64,000 nucleotides of DNA from Vitrella brassicaformis CCMP3155 (lineage: Eukaryota > Protista > Chromerida). The stretch spans positions 21,386 to 85,385 of the forward strand of contig CDMY01000407.1 of the NCBI GenBank assembly GCA_001179505.1, in the 5' to 3' direction. Made by a program: the position numbers and the translations under genes. Under the pieces are notes generated by a model that saw only the letters and a program-made list of their open reading frames with translations, had not been told where the DNA came from and did not search any database. Positions within the stretch are counted from its first letter, which is position 1. Every line of letters begins with the position of its first letter. Positions 24,999-37,213 of this stretch are shown one piece after another.

Positions 24999-27062
24999 CT
25001 ACGCGTCGATCTGCTTGGCCTCGTCGTGCATCTCGCCGTGCATGGTGGTGGCGAGGTGTGCCTTGAGCTGTTTGATGAGCGGGAGAGGGCTCCGGTTGGA
25101 CTTCTTCATGTCGGTGATGGTCTCGATGGCCGTCCGGGCGAAGTCGGCGTCCTCGTGAGCTATCCTGTCCAGTCTCCTGTTGCGCATGAGACACAGACAC
25201 CATGTTAGTGTCAATCCATGTGTGTACGAGCCTTGCAGATCAGATAGACTCCACTCCCACTCACTTCTGCATGCTGGCACGCTCATCGTCTTTCGCTTTC
25301 TGAACAGCGGCACAACACAAACAAGACAGACAACTGCCCTTCCTGCTGTGCTGACGGGCGACACACGGCAATCAGTCAATACAAGCGAGACCCACCTTAC
25401 CTGGACTTCCCAGGCCTTCAGCTCTGCCAGCTGTCGGTTGAATGCGGCGAGGTCCTGCAGCTCCTTGAACCGCCGTCTCCGGTCCTCGTCGTCCCGCTCG
25501 CACATGGCACTGAACGACGAGTGCCAGTGCTGCAACATCCGCTGATCCTCCGCTCTCCGCGCCTCCTCGTTCGCCTGGGCAAAGGACAAGGAAGAGAAGA
25601 GCAAGTCTCTTCCCTGGTTTGTTACAGGCACACTGTGTGTGTGTGTGTGTGTGTCTGTGTGTCTGTGTGTCTGTGTGTCTGTGTGTCTGTGTGTGTGTGT
25701 GTGTGTGTTGGCTGCCTTTTTCATGGCGAGTTGCTGTGCTCTGTGCTCTTCGATCATCTGTCTCTGCAGGCGGGCCTGCTCCTCTTTGGCCATGAATTTG
25801 GCGTCCTCCTTGGCCTTGAACTCTGCTGCCTGATCGTTTGATGAATGAGAGAAAGAGGGGATGTTTTGGCTTGTTAGTTTCGTCCTCACCTCCCTCTCAG
25901 CTCTTGTCTCGTCAGCCTCATGAATGGCCTGCAGCAGTCTGGCCTGTTCGTCGATCATCCTCTGCCTGGTGGCCAGCTTGGCGTTGAAGATCTCCTCGGA
26001 CCTCTTCTGCATCTTCTCCTGCATCTCCTCCTTCCGCTTGGCCCAGCCGGAGATGGCGGCGTCCTGCTCGGCCTCCACCTGACGCTCGCGCTGCTTGAGC
26101 TCCTCAAAGTACTTGTTGGACTTGACCGTCTCTTCCAAGGTTTTCTGCGCCATCTCGCGGCGCTTGACCTCGGCGGTGCGCTCGGCGATGATGTCCTCCT
26201 CGGCCTTCTTCTTGAGCATCTCGCCCTGGAGGATCTCATCCTGGATCTCTTGCAGACGCCTGCGCTTCATTTCTTCCAGCTGCTCGGCGCGCTCCTTCTG
26301 TGTCTCGGACACCTTCTTCTCCCGCTCTAGGGACTCGGCAACCTCCCTCTCAAGCGCTCGGCGATACGCCTGCAGCGCATACACAACAAATTGATGGTCA
26401 TGTGTGTTGCCTGCATGCCGTCTGTCATCGACCTGCTGTTCTTGCTCGAGGTGGAAGGCCTCCCTTTGTTTCTCGAGCGCACCGAGCTCCTCCTTGAGCG
26501 TTCGCTCCTCCTCCCAGTCAGTGTGGATGTCTGTGAGCATGGCGTTGCCCTGGAAAGCCCTGAAGTGCTCGCCGTGCTGCCGAGACAGCTCCAGGGCCCG
26601 GCCGATGGCCTTCTTCTTGAGCTCCTTCTGGTAGGCAGCCTCCTCGTTGTCCACCGCCTTTGCAAACCAACCCATTACAGACAGACAGACACCGTGCTGC
26701 TCGTGCTCCCTGGGCATGATTGGCTCGTAACACGTGTGTGCTGAGTGTGCTGACCTGCTTGGCTGCCTCCTCGTCTGCCAGGCGCTTCTTTCGCATCTCT
26801 ATCTTCAGTCTTCGCGCACCTGAAAATAGAGGAAGGAACGAAGGCATATTGAAGGGCCCCTGGCCATTTGGCGATGGTTCGGCTCACCCTGCAGCGTGTT
26901 TGACCACCGCGAGGCCCTCTCCTGCGACTTTTTGTGGAGTGCGAGGCGGTCTTCGGTGCCGTCGTCCTTGCTGTCCTCAGCAAGGGACGAACGGGCCCTC
27001 ATTTTCTCCAGCTCACTGGCGCATATCACCATCTGTGTGTTTGCAGCTTTGAGCTCCGCCAT
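24999..27062 (-). CDS. CFAP210: Cilia/flagella coiled-coil protein, CFAP210/CCDC173-like
   Basis: LHKKSQERASRWSNTLQGARRLK (cf. recalled CCDC173 LHEMSQEVVKHWTNTYAG), KELKKKAIGRA...FRAFQGNAML, long E/K/R/Q coiled coil. Multi-exon. Confidence 0.75.
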
Positions 27063-27353
27063 TTCACGACGCGGGACGGCTGCCCCCGCGAGCTTAGCCG
27101 CGAGATGTGGGGGTGCCCCCTTCGTGGTGCACGTCCGGAGACGGAGGTGTCGGCCATTGCTCCGCCGTCGGTCGGTGCCTTGCCCAGATCTGAGGCTGGG
27201 AGAAGAGGAGGGAAGTTTACGTCCTCAGGAGATCATTCGCCGTGAAACCGTTACTCGTCGAGATCTGTGCATTTTCAAGGCAGGGAGGTCAAGGACGCAC
27301 AGACTGTCGACTGGTCGCCTCGCAGCTCAGCGGTGACTTTCTGAGGTCTGGAA

Positions 27354-28556
27354 ATGAAGGCAGTCTGTGCGGTGCTGGCGTGCCTTTTGTCCGCCGCCGT
27401 GGCGGACCGATCTGCTTTCGTCCCTGCACTCAATGTCAGAAGGTAGGTAACGCATGAATCAGAGGCGGTATCCATCTGTGTGTCCAGTCAATAATCACAT
27501 TCGTGATGGCATGGTTTGTCACGGGTGCTGCAGGTCGACGAGTGTCCCACGGCCCTCTGAGCAGCTCAGAATGTCCGCCAGCGACAGCGAGGGGTCCAAT
27601 GCGCTCCTCGAGAGAGCCGGCAAGGTGCTGGGACCCGCCCTTGCTGCAGGAGCGCTCGGTGGCCTGATGGCCACGCAGCCAGCCGAGGCAGCTCCTGAGC
27701 GCCTTGTGCCATGCGCCGAGAGCAAGAAATTCGCCGCCAAGATGAAGGCGCAGGCAAGCAGACCACCACACTCGGCATTTGGTTGTGGCGTTGTTCACTG
27801 CAATGTGTGTCATCGTGATTCAGGAGAAGGGTCTTGAGGCTCGTCTGAAGAAGTACACGCCCGAGTCGCAGGGCGCGGCGCTGCTCAACGGCAGGCTGGA
27901 GGAGACCAAGACGCGCGCAGAGCGGTACAAGGCATCAAACCTCCTCTGCGGAAAGGTGGGTGGCTGTTGATTGACAATAATGAATGTGCTGTGTGTGGTT
28001 TTCAATCACTCGTCGGCTTCTATGTGTATCACGACGTGTGTGGTTCATTCAGGACGGTCTGCCCCATTTGATTGTGGACGTGAGGGGTCAGCATGCGGGT
28101 GAGTTCGCCGCCCCGGGTCTGCTCTTCCTTTACATTGCCGGCTGGATCGGCTGGGCGGGCCGCTCATACCTCAACGGTGTGCAGCTCGCCAGCAGCAACC
28201 CTGAGAGCAAGGAAATCGTCCTCGACCTGCCTTTCGCTCTCCAGGTGCGATGCATTACCAACACAAACAGCATCACACGCGAAAGCGCCTATGTGTCTGT
28301 GTGACTGCACTGTGTATGGTGTGGTGTGCAGGTGATGACTCGTTCGGCCACATGGCCATTCCAGGCTTTCGACGAGGCGTTCGGCAAGGGCGAGACGCCC
28401 GTGCCTTCGACGAACTTCGACAACGCGCCCAACTACATCAGGTTCCTCGGTGTGTCGTCAGTGGCACTGACCATCTGGATGTCCCTCACCGCCGCCATGC
28501 TCATCCTCCTCAACAAGGCCTACCCAGGACTGCTCTTCTTCCCTGACCGTAAGTGA
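27354..28556 (+). CDS. psaF: Nucleus-encoded photosystem I subunit PsaF with C-terminal fused PsaJ-like peptide; 5 exons
   Basis: Signal peptide [21 protein letters not shown] transit start and thylakoid peptide ending AEA. PsaF motifs [59 protein letters not shown]. Then [37 protein letters not shown] (PsaJ pattern). Confidence 0.95.
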
Positions 28557-30603
28557 CCATCGACCCATGCATCCATCAGTGATTCGATTGATGTGTGCAC
28601 ACCCAATGACGGTTTTGCTGTCGCCTTGTGTGTCTCTGGTGTGTGCAGTGAGCACCGACCTCTTCTCCCCTTTCTCTGGGAAGTAATCAAGCAAGCCGGC
28701 ACTACTGGGTGGGTGGGGCAGGCAGCATCTGAGGCGGCGCCGTTAGAGTGTGTGCTGACTCTCGATCTGGCAGCCAGTGCACTCCCTGACGGCTACGCAG
28801 CTGAGGCTGTCTTTCTCGCCCGTCCTTGGCCACAAGTGTTGCTTGCCGTCTTAGCGCCGTGTCATTTGACGTGTAGAGAGGAGGACAAGACGCGGCCTGG
28901 GGCGTGATCGATGTCATGTGATGTGACGTTGGATGGATGAGTGAGTAGTTTGGGCTTTCTTGGTTGGTGTGGTGCATGCATGCTTGGATGCATCGGCTGA
29001 CCGACAGACAGACACCCATGTGCAATACCATCTCTGTCGAATTTTTGTCTGTGGTGTCTGTGGCTGGCCTTACAGCCAAACGGTCGGTCACCGCAGGAAT
29101 GCAGCCACTCATCGACAGTACACACGGACGCATTGGGCTTCCGTTTGTGGGCTTTGAGCCTATTCTGCAAGCGGTGCTCAATGCTCCTTCTGACGGAAGA
29201 CTCGAATCACTACTCAGCACCGAAGGTGGTCCAAACAACGGTCTCTCTACCAGCCATCATCTGGCTCTTACACAACAAAGTGCAGCCCGCGATTGATTGT
29301 CCACCAGACATCGATCGCCACACACAGATACCCAGCTGCAGCCAGAGACACGGACTGCAGCCATACACATGCCAAGCAAAGAATCGACAGACGAGACGAG
29401 GCTTTTGCTGCTGCTGCATCATGTTCTGACCTGCACACCCACCACAGACAGCAGAGCAGTCACACATGTCTGTCTGTCTGTCTGTCTGTCTGTCGGGTGT
29501 TGCATGCCTTTCCCGCCTCCCTCGCTGACCATAGGCACCATAACGGAGGGAGAGCGTGACAGATCTGTAGGCAGAACAACAGACGTACGTATGATGCGTC
29601 GACACATCCTGCATGCCTTTCTTCTCTCTCGCCAGCCAGGCAGGCGAAGCTGGCGTGGCCTGCGCCAGCTCCTGGCCACCACATGTGCATGCGCGTCTGT
29701 CTGCATATATCAGGCATGCTACAAACACATTCTTCTGCACGGTGTGTGCACATACTATCCCCCGTACGGTACGCCCTCTGCATGTCGTGGGGGGACTTCT
29801 CCAGCCACTGCGCATCAGCGGATGAATCTCATTCCGATTCAAAGGCCGACGCCACCGACACCTCCACCGTCTCTCGATAGCACCAAAAACGACCGCGCAA
29901 TGGCTGATGCCATCTGGATGTGCGTGTGGTGCTTGGGGCGGACACGTGTGCTGAGGGGCAGCCCCGCAGGCAGCCAGACAGGTCGACCTGAGCGAGGGTC
30001 GATGGGAGACAGAGAGAGAGTGCTGTGGGTGTGGCTGTGGGTGTCATGGCTGTGTTGTGAGTGTTTTGTGTGTCGCGTACCTGAGGTATGTCGTCCTCAT
30101 GGACCCATCTGATGCCCCATCCTCACTCGGCAACCCGATAGATCGCCAGACACTCACCACGACCAGCATGCTTCCACCACCCTACATACACACACACACG
30201 CACACACACACACACACACAGGGACCGATGAACCAATCAATGACCACAGCAATGGCTGCTGTGTGCTGACCAGCTGGCGGCAGTTTGCGACGAGAAGACA
30301 GGCGGTGAAGGCAGCAGAAGACAAAACACACAAGGCCTGCCTGCCTTTATGTATGCGGCAGTGGACGCGAGAAACACAGGCACATTGATTGCAGACAGTC
30401 AGACACACATGGGCAGGTAGGGTACACGCTCCCATGCATCGCATCGCATCGCATCGCATCGCATCGATTGTCAATCCATCACATCGATCGCACCGGAACT
30501 CACATAGCTATGTTTTCCCAACTCATGATACATGGATGCATGGAGTGCAGTGTAAAGTCACACCACCGATAGATACAACTGAATAAACCCCGCCGGCCAG
30601 ACC

Positions 30604-31499
30604 TTAGCGGTCGGACCTACCGTCCTGTTGGTGCGTCTGCACCAAGGGCATGTAGATATCGTCCGCTCCAACGTTCGCCCCATCCTGCCTCTCCTGTGCT
30701 CCTTCTGGCAGGGGCTCCTCAGACGATGGAAGTTGCCACACGGGATTCCATGGGCAAAGGAAACGCATCAGACGGCCGAAAACACTCCTGTACCAACACC
30801 GCACACCCTCACAAACGACCGAACGAACCAGACGATGCATGCAATTGCAGAACGCACCTGCGAAGTCTGTCATGGGCTTCTTCTTTTGCTTTGATGTACT
30901 CGTCGAGTTTCTTGGTGTGCGCCTATAGCATGCATTGCCACAAACACACAGCACTTGAACCATCCACTGAGGCGACGGATTGATTCACATACATCGATTG
31001 CGTCGCATTGCACTTTGGTCCGTCTCTTCCTCTCCGCAATCTCGAATTGCTTCCAATCGTCCGTCCCCTCCTGGTGAGGGTCTGGGTGAGCAAACCACAC
31101 ATGGCGGCCACAAACGATCAAAGACGGACACGTACGGCGGCCTGCCAGTGTCATAGTGTGTCTGTGTGTGTTTGTTGGAGGGTTACGCACGGCCTCTTGC
31201 TTACTCGGTCTGCGAGCAAACTCCCTCATCCATGGATCCTCCTCCTCCTGGGCAGGGCACACCATCGAACAATACAGGCAGGCACCGCGCCGTGGTGTGT
31301 GAGTCTTGCCTACCTCAGCGACATCCGCTGTCCGTCTAGATCTTCCTGCACCACGAGGAGGGACATACAGAGCCGGAATCAGTCCTGCGGGCCACAAACA
31401 TAACCACAGCACCACACGTGGTCCACCATTGCGCTGGTTCGCTTCTCTGTTTCGTCGCTTACCATGCACATCCAGGCGAGGACCCTGACTGATTGCCAT
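30604..31499 (-). CDS. Small hypothetical protein, 6 exons
   Basis: Spliceable GT-AG chain MAISQGPRLDVHG|LIPALYVPP...|EEDPWMREFARRPSK...|DDWKQFEIAERKRRTK|AHTKKLDEYIKAKEEAHDRLR|SVFGRLMRFLCPWNPVWQLP... Confidence 0.6.
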
Positions 31500-32129
31500 T
31501 TTGTTCGTTCACTCTCCCTCGAGCTTCTCTGTCGCAGCGCTGCTCACCATGAATGCCTGCAGCTTGGCCAGCCCTGGATGGGAGGACGGGAAGAGGATAG
31601 AGCCAATCATCCGCGTGGACAGTCGGGTGGCGCAATCGACTGTTGCAATCGTTTACACGAAGCATGGCAATTGACTTGAGCAAGCATCCGCGTGAGTGCG
31701 CGTGCGCGTGCGCGTGCGCGAGTGCGTGTGTGTGCAGCCAAAGAAGTGCGTTTCGGAAACATTCGAATAACATGCCCTACATTCTACAGCTGTGTCCACG
31801 CATGCAGACAAGGAAAGTGAACATGTAAGGACACACCTTGTAAGTGAGTAAGTAATGGTGGGCGCATGACTCTTCCCCCGCTACGGCCACCATTATGCAA
31901 AATGCCATGGGTGAATGCGTATCTAATAGATAACGTCAATGAATTATCGGCTTGGCATACATCGCGGGTGTCTGGCAAAGGGACGCCATCGTGACTGACG
32001 GAAAAACACCCAAAAACACGCACGTACACGCGCGCATTGCCCGTCCCCTCTTCACAAATAGTGCAACAGCGACACGGCACCCGTCCCACCCTGCCCCGCC
32101 CCGTCGGCTGGTCGTGTGTGCATCAATCA

Positions 32130-33021
32130 CTATGCCCCTCTCTCCTCCGACTGCAAACATCACGCACACAGAGCCGTGAGGGCGAGGCCACCCACGGTGC
32201 TTCATGTGGATCCTGATATGCTCACGTACCTGGCCGGCCCCTCTGATTTGATCAGGTACGTTGAGCTGTCCGCCGTCCTTGCCCAAGGCGGCGAGCACAA
32301 TCATGATGACGATAGTGAGGCAGATGAGCCCGCACAGCATCTGGATGCACCGGTCCGACACGGCGTTGCGGGCGATGGTCCGCATGGTGGCCTTGGCGCG
32401 TGTCAGGTTGTTCTCGATGTCGTGCATCTGGTCGTGGATGCGCGCCATCTGGTCCGTCTGCTGATCCAGCCGCTGGACCACCTGCTGACCCACCTGCTCA
32501 GCGTCACCTGAACCAAACCAAACCGGACATTTAAATGAGTGTTGTGAGTGCTGTGTGCTATCTATCTGCCTCGTGTGCTGTGCAAATCAATCCGCACCGA
32601 TCATCCGCTTCGTGCGGTCGAGTGACTGCTGTGTCTTGTCCTGCACCCTGTCGCCCGTGTCGATGATCTGCTGGGCGTTCATCTGGTCCACGTCTATGAC
32701 CTCCTCCCCCACATCCACAGCGCCGCCCGTGAGCTGCTCCCGGTCCAGCTCGTTCTTCTTCCACTCCAACTGGTTGAGCAGCATCTTGAAGTCCCGCATC
32801 CGCTCGTCCAGGTTGGCCTTGTGCTGCCGGGCGTCCTCTGGTGCCAGGCTGCGCATCTCCAGCTGGTAGGCCTCGCGCGCCGTGCGGACCTGCTGGGCGA
32901 TGAAGTCGCAGTCCTGGATGCGGGACCGACGCTGGCTCTTGTCCGCCTGCGATACGCTCTCGATGGCATCACGCAGCTCGTCCAGGAGCTTCAACAGCTC
33001 CCGGGACTGGCCTTCCGCCAT
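32130..33021 (-). CDS. Qb-SNARE (Vti1/NPSN-like), 3 exons
   Basis: N-terminal Habc-like helices, SNARE heptads (AEQVGQQVVQRLDQQTDQMARIHDQMHDIENNLTRA) and C-terminal TM CIQMLCGLICLTIVIMIVLAAL. Confidence 0.88.
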
Positions 33022-33197
33022 CCAACAGTCAAATTAGCGAGCTGTGGGAGCAATCACACTTCTCGTAAGCGCCCTGAAGCACAGCAGACGTTCTGAAACG
33101 TTGAAGCCACTGCCAAACCACTGCGAGCTATTCGTTTTCACTTGCGAGCTTAGCTTGGAGACCGTGGGGTTTTTCCGCATGTTTCTGCTTGCCACTG

Positions 33198-35918
33198 ATG
33201 CATAGTCATGTGCTGCATCTTGCCGTCTTGACGCTTTGGTTCGCTATTGTCCCAGCGCTAAGATCGTCAGAGCATTCATCTTTCCTGGCTCCTCTGTGGC
33301 CGTCGAGGCGGTATGGGACCAGCAGAAGGCACAGGAGCAGGCTGCACGTGGCGGCGGCGGAAAGTGAGAGGTCTTCTTCTTCAGATCTGGCGATTCCATT
33401 CATTGATCTGTGTGTTTCCCCTGTCTGCAGGAGCCGAGCATGAAGCAACCGAGATAGCAGAGGCAGAGTGAGCGCCTGACACGATCTGCACGATGAGTCA
33501 ACCGTCGTGCGTGCCACTGGCTCTGCGTGTGTATTCACCACAGGCCGTCAGATCTGATGGAGACTGACCTCGGTGCTGTCTACGGCCGCAAAAGTCAGGT
33601 CCTCCGCGACATTGTGACGGAGCAGCTGCGTGAGGAGCTGGGGGAGGCCGACCCGTTCGACAACATGACCAAGGAACAGAGGGAGGCTCTCATTGAAGTG
33701 TAGGGGACTGATGAACGCACACACACACGTTCATTCTGTGTGCGTGTCGTGTGTGCATGTCAGTCAGATGGATGCTTACCTTGAGAAGAGGTCGAAGGAG
33801 TTCGAATCGACGCGGCAACAGAGACTGCGAACGTGAGCCACCAACATTGCCGAGAGAGAATGGCAACGTCAATGCGTCACTCACTGGTCGGTGTGTGGCA
33901 GTATGCCCGCCACGATCCCCCGGGAGCGCCAAACGTCCCTCCCCCTCGTAGCCATCATCGGCCGACCAAACGTCGGCAAAAGCACTGTCTTCAATCGGCT
34001 CACCGGTGGCTAAACCAACGCCCAAACAATGCGTCTACTGCACGTCGATCGCTATCTATGTGTGTCCGTATGCGTCCGTATGCGTCTGTATGTGTGTGTG
34101 GTTCATTCAGGTCGTTACAAGGGTGGTGCGATAGTGGATGACGAGCCGGGCATCACGCGGGACAGGAGCTATGGCCGCGGCAGCTGGAATGGGTACAACT
34201 TCCGGGTCGTCGACACCGGGGGCCTGCTGCTCGACGACCTGGAAGGGGTGAGGGGAGGGAGCGTCAAGCCATTTAATGTGATACTTATGGCGTTGGTTGT
34301 GTTGTCTTGTGTGTTGTGGCTCCTTTGCAGGACCCGTTCAGGTCTTTGATTCGAGATCAGTGTGTGCAGGCCATGAGTGAGGCGGATGTCATTCTGCTGG
34401 TCACCGACGGACAGGCGGGACTACACCCACAGGATGTCGCTCTTGCAGGTCAGCAAGCAATGAATCCACTGGCTGGGTGCGGCTCAAGCAGCGCTGTGTA
34501 TTGGTGCTCGTGTTGCGTCTGTGTGTCAGAGTACCTCCGGAAGGCCCTGCCACGGCGGCCAACGCCGGCCAGATCTAACGAGACGAAGCCTATCCCCCTC
34601 TACGTGTGTGTCAACAAGTGCGAGAGCCCTACCAAGGGCATCACACAGGTAGAGAACAACCGAACACGACAAGACAATCCGTCACTCAGTGCACTTTCCG
34701 TGGTATGTGTTGGATGTCTGTCTACAGGCGCAGGAGTTCTGGAGTCTGGGGTTCGGCGAGCCCCACCCTGTGAGTGGCATCCAGGGCACTGGGGTGGGCG
34801 ACGTGCTCGACAAGGTCGTCACACACATCCCTTGGGTGCCTGACGTAGAGGTCAGTCCACACAGCAGACAGACAAACAGACAGCTGGACGAGAGGCAGGC
34901 CGTGCCGTGTGTGATGTCAGGTTGAGGACGACGAAGAGGTCAACATCGCCATCATCGGCCGCCCAAACGTCGGCAAGAGCAGCCTACTCAACAGGCTACT
35001 GGGCGAGCAGCGCGTCATCGTCTCTGACGTCCCCGGCACCACTCGTGACGCCATCGACGTGGAGCTCGAGCGCCAAGGCCGCGTGTACAGGCTGGTCGAC
35101 ACGGCGGGCATCAGGCGACGGTCCCGTGTGCTTGCGGGCCAGGACAGTGAGTTCTACATGGTCAACCGGGCGGAGCGGGCCATCGAACGGAGCGACGTGT
35201 GTCTGCTGCTGATCGACGTGGTGCAGGGCATCGCCGACCAGGACCTCAAGCTGGCCGAGAAGATCGTCGAGGCCGGTAAGGCTTGCCTAGTGCTCTGCAA
35301 CAAGTGGGACGCCGTCGACAAGGACGACAAGACCTATGACAAAGCCGTCGACTACATCCGCACCGTCCTCTACCCACTGAGATGGAGCGCTATTGAGTTC
35401 ATCTCGGCCAAGACGGGCCAGAGGGTGGCGCGTATTCTCGACATGGTGGACGAGGCCGTCGAGCAGCACCGGCGTCGCATCCCGACCAGCCTGCTGAACG
35501 AGGTGCTGAGGGAGACAGTGGGCATCAATCCGCCGCCAGTGGTGGGCGGGAGGCAGGCCAAGCTCTACTACATCCACCAGGCGTCCACACGGCCTCCCAC
35601 ATTCATCGTCTTCTGCAACCAGCTATCGTCCGGCCAGGCCCTCTTGTCCGACAGCTACAAGCGGTACCTCGACAGGAAATTCCGCGAGGCGCTGGGCTTC
35701 AAGGGCACGTAAGCCAACCACTACACTAACAGCCTTTTCTTCTCCCTGTCCCTCTCTGAGAGCGTGGGGGTGTGTCGACACGTGTGTATGTGTGTGTTTG
35801 TGTGCTGTGTGCTGTATTTGGTGTCTGCAGGCCCATCCGTTGGATCTTTCGTGAGAAGAGATTGCGTCAGATGGTGCAGCAAGGCAGGAAACGAAGGCGG
35901 GCCGTCGTGAGGCGCTGA
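33198..35918 (+). CDS. der: Ribosome biogenesis GTPase Der/EngA, probably plastid-targeted, multi-exon
   Basis: Two G domains: [12 protein letters not shown]...GITRDR...DTGG...NKCE and [12 protein letters not shown]...GTTRDAID...DTAG...NKWD, plus KH-like PPTF tail. Hydrophobic leader [20 protein letters not shown] followed by an S/R-rich transit-like stretch with SSFLAP. Confidence 0.95.
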
Positions 35919-36357
35919 TGGATTCATAGGATGGATGGATGGATGGATGGCGTTCTCCTAGTACTCTCTCTAGGACCGACAGCTGTGTTCGTATGTTCGT
36001 GTTATCGTGATGTAGATCAAACAAACCGGCCAGTCTGACCAGTGTCGGTCATTGTCACTCAATCCGCACAACCAGAACGGTCAAAAACCATACATACACA
36101 CAGACACACATACGTTCAGTCGTCCAGACATTCAGCCAGGCAGCCATCCCCCCTCCCCCCTCCCTCTCCCACCACCGACCCACCCACTTACTCAGTCACT
36201 CCCTACTGCACTCCACCCGATCCTTCAAACTTGGCACATCCATCGCATGAAGCACCGGGTGCCTGTCTGTCTGTATGCAGTAGGGATGCTTGTGTGTGTA
36301 TGGATGTGTGTGTGTGTGTGTGTATTCCTGGAGTGCATGCACGTGTGAGTGCGTCTA

Positions 36358-37176
36358 TCACCACTCAGATTCTGATGAGGCGGCGCCCGTATCATTGTCT
36401 CGCCTCCCCCGGCGCATAGGCACCGGTGTGTGGCCAGCGTCCTGCAGCCGACGGTCGCCAGGTCGCTCCGACGGCCGACGGTCCCAATCGCCCGCGTGGC
36501 GATTGCCCCAACCGTCGAGTCGGCCCGCCTGGCGATGGCCGACGCGTTCGCCAGGCGGGGCGACGCGTCGCCCCGGCCGGCGGTCCACCTCATCCTCGGG
36601 GAAGAGGTCCCTCTCCCTCCTGTTGTCGCGTCGCCTGTCGTCCATGCCCCGTGTTGATGGCCGCCTCTCCTCCATGCGTGTGGGTGGCCTCTGGCGGGGT
36701 GGTGGGGAGGGAGGGCTGCCCCAATCATCCTCGTCATCGTCATCGCCCCACCCAGGGGGAGAGGGACGGCGACGCTCAACGGGAGGGACAACGGCGGGGG
36801 AGTAGGCGCGCGGGACGTCGGGCGGGCCCCAGTCGTCGTCATCATCATCATCATGGCGGGGAGGCGGGCCTCTGTGATGAATGGAAGAGGGGTTCGGTCG
36901 GTCGCCAACCTCATGCCACTGGAAGAGGCGGCTGTCGCGGGTGTCACGGGTGTCACGGGTCTCTTGCTGGCCACGCAGACGGGTGATGTAGAGCATGTGC
37001 CGGCGCTGCAGGCCGTGGCGCCGGTCGGCTTGGCCGTCCCTGCGAGCGGACTGGCGTCGCGATCGGCGCTGGGCACGGCGCTCAATCACGGCCTCTAAGT
37101 GAGCCGGGTCGAAGTTGGGATGGTCTGAGAGACACAATACACGAGCTGTGTGGTGGACGGATACATCTCTCTTTCG

Positions 37177-37213
<37 letters not shown>

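Noticed and set aside
28600-30150. Exon-like pieces with splice signals on the minus strand
   Set aside because: No stop-free spliced frame or recognisable motif could be assembled; left unannotated.
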